From assembly GCA_958296135.2 (NCBI GenBank), contig CATQHZ020000001.1, positions 3,872,001 to 3,936,000 on the forward strand: a DNA stretch of 64,000 bases, written 5' to 3'. Below, piece by piece: positions 10,275 to 19,500 of this stretch. How positions within the stretch are numbered: position 1 is the stretch's first letter; every line of letters starts with the position of its first letter. The position numbers were made by a program, and so were the translations under genes. The DNA comes from an uncultured Poribacteria bacterium (GTDB lineage Bacteria; Poribacteria; WGA-4E; WGA-3G). The notes under the pieces are model-generated. The model saw only the letters and a list, made by a program, of their open reading frames with translations, was not told the DNA's origin and did no database searches.

Positions 10275-10577
10275 GACCTCCTTTGCGTAATCTGTTAAAG
10301 CATAGTGTAACCTATTTTCGCTTTTTTGTCAAGAAAAAATTGAATTATTACTAGGTTTATTTCGCTCCCTTGAACCGTAGGGCGAGGGTCTGTCCCTATC
10401 CATGCAGCGAACGTCTCAAAAAGCGTCCGTGGCCTCTGGGTTGCGGACGTTTTTCGTTGCGGTTGGGGGCCCGCGGGGAACAAGCCCCCGCGCTACGGTG
10501 AAAAACGAAATCGTATTGGAAAATTTCGCGCAAATCTGATACAATAGACACATCAAGTCCATAGGAGGAACACGGAG

Positions 10578-11429
10578 ATGAACCAACACAACTTCACCCT
10601 CACTGACTCGGAAATTAACTTTTTCAAGACATTCGGGTATCTCGGCTTCCCACAGCTGATGGCAGACCGGATTTCGGCGATTCAGGACGCATTTGAAGAA
10701 GTCTGGGAAGAGCACGGCGGCGGACATAACGGGCAACCGCACGAAGGCATGGCGCGCTCCTGCATCGTGCCGTTCATCGATCAGCACGAAGAACTCTGCT
10801 CGCTCCTCGATGACCCGAGGATTCTCGCGATTGCTAAGACACTGCTCGGCGACGATTTCAATTACATGGGCAGCGACGGCAACTTCTACGTCGGCGATAC
10901 CGGCTGGCACTCAGATGGCGGACATAAACTGGAAGACCCGAGGCATATCAAGATTGCCTTCTACCTCGACCCGCTGACACGGGACACCGGCGCGCTGCGC
11001 GTCATTCCCGGCAGCCACCTCTTCGGCGATAATTACGCGGATGGACTCTCCAAGCAAATCGGGAAGAGCCAAGAGTTATGGGAATTGCACGGGAAGGATG
11101 TGCCGGCCGTCGCCCTAGAGACAACACCGGGCGATCTGGTGCTGTTTAACCACAACACGAAGCATGCCGCGTTCGGCGGCGGCAAACGGCGGCGCATGTT
11201 TACCATCAATCTCTGCCAACGGTACCCGGCGGAGAAACTGGACGCGCTGCAGGCATACATCAGTGGGGCGGCGCGATTCTGGATCGATCGGAAATACAGC
11301 GAGAAAATGGTGAGAACGGCAACACCAGAACGGAAGATTCACCTCGAACAGGTGAGGGCGAACGATGGGCATCTGGCGGACTTGTCGCGTCAGGCGCGGG
11401 GACGAATGAGCGAACCGTCGCGCGGCTAA
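10578..11429 (+). CDS. Phytanoyl-CoA dioxygenase (PhyH) family protein
   Basis: 'WHSD', 'GALRVIPGSH' and 'PGDLVLFNHNTKH' Fe/2OG motifs. Confidence 0.9.
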   Translation: MNQHNFTLTDSEINFFKTFGYLGFPQLMADRISAIQDAFEEVWEEHGGGHNGQPHEGMARSCIVPFIDQHEELCSLLDDPRILAIAKTLLGDDFNYMGSDGNFYVGDTGWHSDGGHKLEDPRHIKIAFYLDPLTRDTGALRVIPGSHLFGDNYADGLSKQIGKSQELWELHGKDVPAVALETTPGDLVLFNHNTKHAAFGGGKRRRMFTINLCQRYPAEKLDALQAYISGAARFWIDRKYSEKMVRTATPERKIHLEQVRANDGHLADLSRQARGRMSEPSRG

Positions 11430-11456
11430 TACCCAGGAGTACGCCGAACGAATTCC

Positions 11457-11483
11457 GTAGGCGCGGTTTGAAACCGCGCCTAC
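11457..11483. repeat. REP-like palindrome (family C) between convergent genes
   Basis: GTAGGCGCGGTTTGAAACCGCGCCTAC perfect hairpin. Confidence 0.75.
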
Positions 11484-11489
11484 CGGTGT

Positions 11490-12326
11490 TTATGGCGCAG
11501 CAGCTTCTCGCCACGCCTGCCGAACGAACGCAATCGACTGCGCAAACCCTTCCTCGCCTGAGCGGCTCGCCTCTTCAATGCTGAGCCAGCCGTCATAGTT
11601 TGCTGCTCTCATGCGGGCGAAGACTTGGGGGATTGGGGCGGCACCGGTGCCGACGCGCACCGGCTCAAACACCCCAACTTCGCGAAGATCGAAGATATGA
11701 AGCACGACAACCCTGTCAATAACTTCATCTAGCAGCGCGAGGACATCTTCGCCGAGAACAAGCGGATTGGCAGTATCAAAGCAGACACCGAGAGGCGTAT
11801 CGGCGAGGGCCTCCAGGATTTCTAGGAAAATTTCTGTCGGCTGAGAGAAGTCCCAATAGTCCCACGGCGCACCTTTGGTGTGGTTCTCATAAGCGAGAGT
11901 GATGCCGCGCGTGTCCGCCTCATCAAGGGCGCGGCGGAATCCTTCGGTTATCCACTGCACGCCTTCATCGCGCTGGAGGCCGGGGTGGTTTTGTCCCGCC
12001 GTAATGCGGACGAATCTCGCCCCTAACACGTCCGCCAATTCAATGTCCGCCTTGAGTTGCGTCAGTTCAACTTCGCGTCGCGTTGCATCCGGGTGCGTAA
12101 AATCGGAATAGCACGCGAGCATGCAGGGCGCAATACGGTATTTTTCAAAGGCAAGCGCGGCACGCATGATGTTCAAAGTGTCCGCGTTGCGCCGTGGGAA
12201 AAACTTGATGCTAAAATCCACCGCATCAAGCCCCAGTTTCGCGCCCAAACCAATCCAGTCGGCAACGGTGCTTCTCTCGCTGAAGATGTCATCGTAAAGT
12301 GAAACAGGGAGACAGCTCAGTCTCAT
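11490..12326 (-). CDS. Sugar phosphate isomerase/epimerase (xylose isomerase-like TIM barrel)
   Basis: 'LAYENH', 'VCFDTAN', 'LHIFD' and 'YDGWLSIE' motifs. Confidence 0.9.
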   Translation of the reverse strand: MRLSCLPVSLYDDIFSERSTVADWIGLGAKLGLDAVDFSIKFFPRRNADTLNIMRAALAFEKYRIAPCMLACYSDFTHPDATRREVELTQLKADIELADVLGARFVRITAGQNHPGLQRDEGVQWITEGFRRALDEADTRGITLAYENHTKGAPWDYWDFSQPTEIFLEILEALADTPLGVCFDTANPLVLGEDVLALLDEVIDRVVVLHIFDLREVGVFEPVRVGTGAAPIPQVFARMRAANYDGWLSIEEASRSGEEGFAQSIAFVRQAWREAAAP

Positions 12327-13117
12327 TTGTCATCTTCCTCCGGGACAGGTAAAATAGTAACCTTCAAGCCGGGGACAGAACCGCCTGCCTCTTGCACGAT
12401 GTCAATCCCTTTTTGGGCATCCTGTTGTGCGAGCTCTTCGTGCCCGAGGGCCCGGTTCGCTTGGGCGCGGAGGATGTAGCCTCTAGCATCATCGGGCTTG
12501 AGTTTGACGAGTGCTTCGGCATCCTTGAGCGTTGCAGCGGGCATGCCGAGATTGAACTTCGCAGCGGCACGCGACGCGAGCGCATCGATGAGCCCAGGGT
12601 GAAACCGGAGTGCCTTGTCGAAGTCCCGAATGGACTCCCGATATTGCTGAAGATCATATTTTGAATTACCGCGCGCGTGGTAGCCTTCGGCGAAGCGCGG
12701 GTCGATTCGGAGTGACTCGTCAAAGTCCTTAATGGCTGCAGCGTGCCGATTCAGCTGCCTTTTCGCCATGCCACGGGAGTAGTATGCCTCCATGTTATCG
12801 GGGTTGTGTCGGACATCAATGTCATAATCCTTGATGGCCTCCTCGTAGTTGCCCATTTCATAGTTCGCTTGCGCACGAAAATGGTAGGCATCCCGTTCCT
12901 CGGAGTTGAGTTCAATAGACTTATCGTAATCCTTGATGGCCTCTTCATACTGGCCGAGGGAATATTTTGCGATGCCGCGTAGATTGTATGCCTGATTCAG
13001 GTCTGGCGCGCCGAGCTCAATGGCAAGGTCAAAATCGTAGATAGCGTGCTGATAGTGGCCCCTCATATTCTTAGCGAGGCCCTGCTTGATGTAGTAATCG
13101 CCGCTGTGTCGTGCCAT
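12323..13117 (-). CDS. Tetratricopeptide repeat protein
   Basis: About seven 34-aa TPR units (e.g. 'AYNLRGIAKYSLGQYEEAIKDYDKSIEL'). Confidence 0.92.
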   Translation of the reverse strand: MARHSGDYYIKQGLAKNMRGHYQHAIYDFDLAIELGAPDLNQAYNLRGIAKYSLGQYEEAIKDYDKSIELNSEERDAYHFRAQANYEMGNYEEAIKDYDIDVRHNPDNMEAYYSRGMAKRQLNRHAAAIKDFDESLRIDPRFAEGYHARGNSKYDLQQYRESIRDFDKALRFHPGLIDALASRAAAKFNLGMPAATLKDAEALVKLKPDDARGYILRAQANRALGHEELAQQDAQKGIDIVQEAGGSVPGLKVTILPVPEEDDK

Positions 13118-13222
13118 GATGTTCTCCTAAGGCTCTGCCTTTAAAGATGTCGGCTTATTGTAGCATCTTTCCGCAAAATGTGCAAGTTTTTTTGTTAGGT
13201 GCGATGGAGCGATTCAGCTCCC

Positions 13223-13345
13223 CCCGGTAGGAGAGACCTCCTGGTCTCGATAGCTGTAAGCGCGCACTCCCGCGTCTCGATGCCCCGATAGGCGTGCCCT
13301 CCCGCGTCTCGATAGCTGTAAGCGCGCACTCCCGCGTCTCAATGC
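13223..13345. repeat. REP-like cluster (family B, GTAGGAGAGACCTCC..GGTCTCGAT) with degenerate tandem copies
   Basis: CCGGTAGGAGAGACCTCCTGGTCTCGAT, then repeated CTCCCGCGTCTCGAT units. Confidence 0.7.
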
Positions 13346-13363
13346 CAATAAAAAACTTTTTCC

Positions 13364-13393
13364 TTGCACAAAACAGACATTTCAGGTTATACT
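13364..13393 (+). promoter_or_regulatory. Sigma70-like promoter
   Basis: TTGCAC-N18-TATACT upstream of the small-ORF/carbonic anhydrase cluster. Confidence 0.5.
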
Positions 13394-13420
13394 AATTAAC
13401 GGGGGTCCTATGTTGCTTGG

Positions 13421-13555
13421 GTGATTCAAAATTATGGGAAAACCAGTTGGTTTCTCATTATAGCTGGAGTGCTGGGAGCACTTCTGGCCACATTTATACT
13501 TATTCGGATCAATCGTGTTGCCTATCGAAAGATTCATGAATTGGAGGATTTGTAA
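13421..13555 (+). CDS. Small single-TM peptide (44 aa, not in ORF track)
   Basis: GTG start, MIQNYGKTSWFLIIAGVLGALLATFILIRINRVAYRKIHELEDL. Stop overlaps the next ATG (TAATG). Confidence 0.4.
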   Translation: MIQNYGKTSWFLIIAGVLGALLATFILIRINRVAYRKIHELEDL

Positions 13556-13647
13556 TGGAATGGGTTGCCCTTTTCACGCTAGTAATGTTTCTCACAGGGC
13601 TCGGTGTCATCGTCCGAGATGTCATCAAAGAGGCCAATAAAGATTGA
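13555..13647 (+). CDS. Small membrane peptide, copy 1 (30 aa)
   Basis: GGAGGA RBS. MEWVALFTLVMFLTGLGVIVRDVIKEANKD. The paralog downstream differs by synonymous and conservative changes. Confidence 0.7.
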   Translation: MEWVALFTLVMFLTGLGVIVRDVIKEANKD

Positions 13648-13742
13648 AAGCCACATAGGAAACGCGGAAACTAGTCAGGTTCGCCCAGGGTTTCCGCGTC
13701 CATCAAGGCAATCGTTTGCCACTCCCTATCGGAGGATTTGTG

Positions 13743-13835
13743 ATGGAATGGGTTGCAATTCTCACGGTGGTGATTTTTTTCACAGGGCTCGGCATTGTCA
13801 TCCGGGATGTGATAAAAGAGGCCAATAAAGATTGA
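13743..13835 (+). CDS. Small membrane peptide, copy 2 (30 aa)
   Basis: GGAGGA RBS. MEWVAILTVVIFFTGLGIVIRDVIKEANKD. Confidence 0.7.
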   Translation: MEWVAILTVVIFFTGLGIVIRDVIKEANKD

Positions 13836-13890
13836 AAGCCACATAGGAAACGCGGAAACCGTTTTCCGCGTTCTAAGGAGGAAATTTGTT

Positions 13891-14736
13891 ATGCGTATTC
13901 AGTCAAATCAACGCAGGTTTGCAGCACTTCGTTTGCAACTGCATCTCGCAAAATTAGGAATTATCGTAGGAATGCTTATGTGGACAACCGGTTGCAAGAA
14001 GACTATCGAGGGGCCACCCCATGTCCAAAAGGTGGAATGGGGCTACGAAGCAGAAAATGGCCCCGACGTTTGGGGACAACTCAGCCCAGAATATAGCCTG
14101 TGTGCGGTAGGACGGCACCAATCTCCGATCGACTTGGTGAACCCGATGCCGGCAGAACTCCCGGCTATCGCCTTCAACTACCAACCGACACCCCTAGACA
14201 TTCGTCATACCGGGCATACAATTGAGGTGGGATACCCTGTAGGAAAACCCGCTGATTCCGACACAGGAAACTGGCTTGAGGTTGATGGAACGCGGTATCA
14301 ACTCCTGCAATTCCACTTTCACACGCCGAGTGAACACACGGTGGCAGGCGAACTGTTTAATATGGAAATGCACCTCGTTCACAAAAGTGAAGACGACACA
14401 CTGGCTGTCATCGGAGTGCTCATTGAGAAGGGCAGCGAAAACGCCGCTTTTAACCCGATTTGGGCGCATCTGCCAACCGCCCCAGGCGAAGCGAAACGCA
14501 TTGAGAACGTCACCTTCAACGTTGAGGATTTGTTGCCGAACACGCGGCACACCTACCGTTACGAAGGTTCGTTGACGACACCTCCCTGCTCCGAAGGAGT
14601 CAAATGGTTTGTCGTGACAACACCGATTGAGATGTCGGAAGAGCAAATTTCTGCGTTCGCAGCGATTATCCATCGCAACAATCGCCCGGTGCAACCCTTG
14701 AATGGGCGCGAACTGCTCGTAGATGTGATAGAATAA
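13891..14736 (+). CDS. Alpha-class carbonic anhydrase (probable lipoprotein)
   Basis: 'QSPID', 'QFHFHTPSEH', 'EMHLVH', 'YEGSLTTPPCSEGV.W' and 'NNRPVQPLNGR'. Confidence 0.95.
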   Translation: MRIQSNQRRFAALRLQLHLAKLGIIVGMLMWTTGCKKTIEGPPHVQKVEWGYEAENGPDVWGQLSPEYSLCAVGRHQSPIDLVNPMPAELPAIAFNYQPTPLDIRHTGHTIEVGYPVGKPADSDTGNWLEVDGTRYQLLQFHFHTPSEHTVAGELFNMEMHLVHKSEDDTLAVIGVLIEKGSENAAFNPIWAHLPTAPGEAKRIENVTFNVEDLLPNTRHTYRYEGSLTTPPCSEGVKWFVVTTPIEMSEEQISAFAAIIHRNNRPVQPLNGRELLVDVIE

Positions 14737-14795
14737 GGAACCACTCCCGAAAATAAAAAGCCGCTTCGACCGGATTCTTATGGTAAAAATGCTTC

Positions 14796-15830
14796 TTAGT
14801 CCGTAGGGCGCGGTCCTGTGCTGCGCCGTGCTGCGGTGAAAATGCCCCTTAGTCCGTAGGGCGCGGTCCTATGCCGCGCCGTGCATCGGTGAAAAAGCCC
14901 CTTAGTCCGTAGGGCGCGGTCTTGTGCCGCGCCGTGCTTGGGTAAAATGCCCTTAGTCCGTAGGGCGCGGTCCTGTGCCGCGCCATGCATCGGTGAAAAT
15001 GCCCCTTAGTCCGTAGGGCGCGGTCCTGTGCCGCGCCATGCATCGGTGAAAATGCCCCTTAGTCCGTAGGGCGCGGTCCTGTGCCGCGCCATGCTGCGGT
15101 CTAGCGAGAGGGTTCGCGAGGAACAGGTTTTCCCGCGCGCGAGGGTGAAAGGGGGCCTTTCTTATCGGTCGAGAGATCGCGAGGGACAGGCCCTCGCGCT
15201 ACGGTTAAAAGGGGCCGTCGGTGAAGAGGCCCCTTAGTCCGTAGGGCGCGGTCCTGTGCCGCGCCATGCATCGGTCTATCAAGGAGGATCGCGAGGAACA
15301 GGCCCTCGCGCTACGGTGAAAGGGGCCGTTTCGCGGCGAACAGGCCCTCGCGCTACGGTGAAAATGCCCTTAGTCCGTAGGGCGCGGTCCTGTGCCGCGT
15401 CATGCTGCGGTCTATCAAGGAGGATCGCGAGAAACAGGTTTTCCCGCGCGCGAGGGTGAAAGGGGGCCTTTCTTATCGGTCGAGAGATCGCGAGGGACAG
15501 GCCCTCGCGCTACGGTTGAAGGGGCCTGTTTCGCGCGACGATTAAAAGCCCCTTAGTCCGTAGGGCGCGGTCCTGTGCCGCGCCATGCATCGGTCTATTG
15601 AGGAGGATCGCGAGGGACAGGCCGCCGCGCGACGGTGAAAGGGGGGTTCGTGTGGTTCGGACGATCGCGAGGGACAGGCCCTCGCGCTACGGTGAAAGGG
15701 GCCGTTTCGCGGCGAACAGGCCCTCGCGCTACGGTGAAGAGGTGCCTTAGTCCGTAGGGCGCGGTCCTGTGCTGCGCCATGCATCGGTGAAAAGGGGCCT
15801 CTTTCGCGCGAGGGTGAAAAGGGCCGCTCT
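14796..15830. repeat. Mosaic array of GTAG-type REP-like palindromes (BIME-like)
   Basis: About 10 copies of TTAGTCCGTAGGGCGCGGTCCTGTGCCGCGCCATGC (~52-53 bp period at the start), interleaved with inverted CGCGAGGGACAGGCCCTCGCGCTACGG units. Confidence 0.9.
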
Positions 15831-15906
15831 GGACCTGGATGCTGTAACCTAAACCTTGACAAAAACGTTAAGAAATGATAGCATCTAAAAAAATCACATT
15901 TTTAAG

Positions 15907-15935
15907 TTGACAAACACGCAAAAATGTGGTATACT
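15907..15935 (+). promoter_or_regulatory. Strong sigma70 promoter
   Basis: TTGACA-N17-TATACT with an extended -10 TG. A second TTGACA lies at ~15856. Confidence 0.75.
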
Positions 15936-15994
15936 ATTTATGTCATCAATTTGGTTGGGCATGACATTCAACGTCACGAAAAAGGAGCACGAAC

Positions 15995-16156
15995 GTGAAC
16001 ACTCTATTCCGCGCGGATTATCCGATTCGCCTGCAGATATCTGTGAAAGCGACGCAGCAGCCGCCCTGGCTGCGCGCCGTATCCACGTTTGCGTTTGCGC
16101 GTCCCGTTGATGATGCCCTAGACCAGATTACCCCCCCCTCACTTTACGCCAGTTAA
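15995..16156 (+). CDS. Putative leader ORF (53 aa) containing a C8 tract
   Basis: AAGGAG RBS, GTG start, MNTLFRADYPIRLQ...DQITPPSLYAS. Confidence 0.35.
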   Translation: MNTLFRADYPIRLQISVKATQQPPWLRAVSTFAFARPVDDALDQITPPSLYAS

Positions 16157-16591
16157 CCCTTGATAGACTCGGCAGGAAGGGGCTCCGGGGGGATATCCTT
16201 GCTCGCAATTCCAACATAAAAAACCGCGCGCGGTGCATGCGCGCGACTCACATTGCTCCGTGGCAACCGCTCACGTTCGCGTGGACGCGGCTGCCACGGG
16301 GCTTTTCGCGTTGCACCGACGGCTGCAACGTCGAAGTCCACCAGCGTTGTTCTGGGGAAATTTCTGTCCCCACTAGGGATATAAAGGGGCAGGATAACCG
16401 TGGGCCTCCGCCCACGGTTACCCTGTTTTCTCCGAGACTGCGCTACCTGCTGCGCTCCACTGCAATCGGTGGGGCGGAGACGGTATTATCGGGACCAGAG
16501 GTCCCTCCTACTCTTCATGTTTCCGCCGCAATCGGTGCGGCTGAAACCCCCTATTCATTTTATTTCATTTTTCCAAGAGGAGAATTTTCCT

Positions 16592-19500
16592 ATGAAAAGG
16601 CATTCCATCTTTTTCTTATGTTTGCTGCTCGTCGTCGGGATAGTTTCGATGCTCGGCATACCGACAGATGCCTACGCAGCAATAGTCATAGACACGATTG
16701 AGGTTTGGGTGAATCCGGATATGGTGGCCACAACCTCAGAAGATAACACGCCTAACACAATTAGCACGGACTTGGGCTATGGCGCGAATCCGGCTTCAGG
16801 GCAGATAGTCGGCGCAGCCAACGCAGCTCGGCTGCCTAAGTTTGTTGCAAGCACCGGTTTTGCAAACGGTACGCTGAGCGGCGGGACAAAAGTGACCGCG
16901 GCCAACGCAAGTTCAACCACAGCGGTGTTTGGGGACACAATTGCGATTGTGATTAACATGAGCGAATCTAGTAGCAACCTAGACTGGCACTTCGGAAGTA
17001 TACTGATACCGGGTTATGATGGATGGGCAGGAGGAACCCGAACCTTGTATGCTAGCCGCGCTCTTGCAGCACCAAGCGCACCCCTGTATAACCTGAATCT
17101 ATCAGATGCCTCACTAGTTTATGCCTTTACGGTGAGGGCGGATGACTACGACACTGATGGCGGTTGGTTTACGTTTGCTAACGGTGCCTCGCCCTTTAGA
17201 GTAGACGCAAACACCGCACCTCCAGACGGGGGGTTTGACCCAGCCGCCATCCACTACCCCATAGTGGATGGCGGTGCCCCGAATCTGGCAGCGGCAGCCG
17301 AATTCCCGGTGAAGTTCGTTGGTGCCCCGACCCATACCGGACCGTCCCGCTATTACCAGGTGCGCCAAGAGTGTCTCCAATATCACGGTCTCTTCGGCGA
17401 CGCTTACACGACTGCATGCACTTTGGTGCACACGCATGGTTGGGCCCTTGCCGACGAGGTGAATTTGGACAATAGCCCGCAAGCCGCCTTTTACGGCCTA
17501 GGCGACACCATTGCAATTCAGGTGACGTTTAGTAAATCCGTCATCGCCGACGCTGGTGTGACGCTGAAGGTGCAACCCCCGTTCGGCGGATCGGAAACGT
17601 TGTTTGAACTCACCGATGCGGATAGGACTGACGGAGATAAAACGCTCACCTTCCGATACACCGTGAAAGCGGGAGATCGGAAGTTCAGTAGCATCGATAT
17701 CGAGGACCAAAATCTGAGGCATAATACCCGTGCTAGTCGGAATTCTGAAGATTTTATTTTAAACCCGAAGCACATAAGGGGCCAGGGTGGCATCTCTTTT
17801 GATTCGGATTTGAGGTTTACTCACGATTTTGAAACGCCGCTTCGGGCGTTTCTGATCAACGAGCCTATGCTCAGCAGTTGGGAGGATGCGAGTTATAAAT
17901 ATGGGGATTCCGACGCATATGCCGATGAATACGCCCTGGCGGTCATCAAGCACCTTGTGGATGCTGTCCCGCCGACGGTGTGGATTGCCGGCTTGATAAA
18001 GAATGGGGAGACGCACACCGAGGATAGGCGCAACGCGATCGTCAACCTGGATCCCAGTGCATCTGGGTTCCCTGTGACAGATTTCGCGGCAGAGATTACG
18101 GAGTCGGTGTCGCAGTCTGGCGCGTTTGACGTTGAATTCCGCTTTACGAACCATTACAAATCGGATGGTGCCCTCGCCGAGGAAATCGGGACGACGTTTG
18201 GCGCGGAGGACATCGTCCTCACCGATGCAGCTGGGAATTCGCTGGACTGGACGGTTGCTGCCCCGGTTTACATTGGGCTTGACCATCGTGCAGCACAGAA
18301 TTATGGTGACACGACGCCTCCCGATGGGCATGCGCCCGGTGATGCGAAGGGTTCAGCGTCGTTCCTCGTCTACAAAGCGACGATTACGCCGCCGTTCGGT
18401 TTCGTCGGCGATGTCACTATCGCATTGCCGGCGGGTGCCACGATGGACATTGCGGGCAACGCCAGTCTGGCATCGAATACGTTGACGGTGCCGGTGGACA
18501 ATCCGTTGCGCGTGGTGGAACCGCCGGAGATTGTCGAGCCCCCCGCGGGTGTCTATACCGCCGGGGATAAGATTGAAGTGTCGGTGACGTATGCCCAGGA
18601 GAATCTGCGGTATGAAGGGGCGAACCCGCCGTATCTGGTGGTGTATCTGGGTGAACAGGTGTTAGCCAATGCGCGGCATGCTGTTTGGACAGCGGCGGCA
18701 GCCACAAATTCAACAACAGTGACATTCGCGTATACGGTGGCAGCCACGGACACGGTGACGGATGCAGTGCGTGCTCCCTCTGTCGAGATACTGGTGCCGG
18801 AAGAAACGACGTTGCTGTCTGGGCCCCTAGGTGCGCCGGATGGGCAGCAGGTTGGGACAGCGGCACCAGCTGTTGCGTCTGGTGCTGCGCCGGCCTCGGT
18901 GCCGGTGTTAGCCCCGGTGGAAAATACGTCTGGGCGGGAGGTTGCGCCTGTCGTCCGGAAGACACCGGTTATACCGGTTGTGCCGTTTTTCCCCGAGGCG
19001 GCTTCGCCGAAGGCTGCTGCGTCTGCTGTGCCACGTTCGCCCATTGTTTTCAACGAGTTGGGCAATGGCAGCGGTGCTGCAAACGACTGGCTGGAGCTCC
19101 GCAATGTCACGGGTTCGGAGGTATCCCTGAAAGACTATGAGCTTTCGGTTGTGGCCGATGGGCAAAAGGAAGATACATCGCTCGTCGTTTTCGCGGATGT
19201 GAGCGTGCCGGCCCATGGGCTCTTACTCATCACGAACAGTGCGCCGGATAAAACGCCGCTGGCAGGTGGTGAGCAGAGAGGGTTGTCGCATGCGTTTTTG
19301 GTGGATGCGGGGCTCTCGCTGCCGGATGATGGGAAGTTCCTGTTGATTCTGCGGAACGCGAAGGAGAAACTCGGTATGAACGAGGCATTTGTCGATGTCG
19401 CCGGTGGCGGTGGCAGTGACACGGATGCGTTCGTTCGCGAGCAGACAGGGGACTATGATACATACGTGTGGCCGTTGCAAGTGCTACAAGCTCCCGGTGG

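Noticed and set aside
14796-15100. CRISPR array (regular ~52-bp period)
   Set aside because: The inter-repeat segments are short and nearly identical rather than unique spacers, orientation is mixed further along, and no cas genes are present. It fits REP/BIME.
16400-16591. N-terminal extension of the 1431-aa ORF
   Set aside because: It runs through REP-like sequence. The RBS and signal peptide support a start at 16592.
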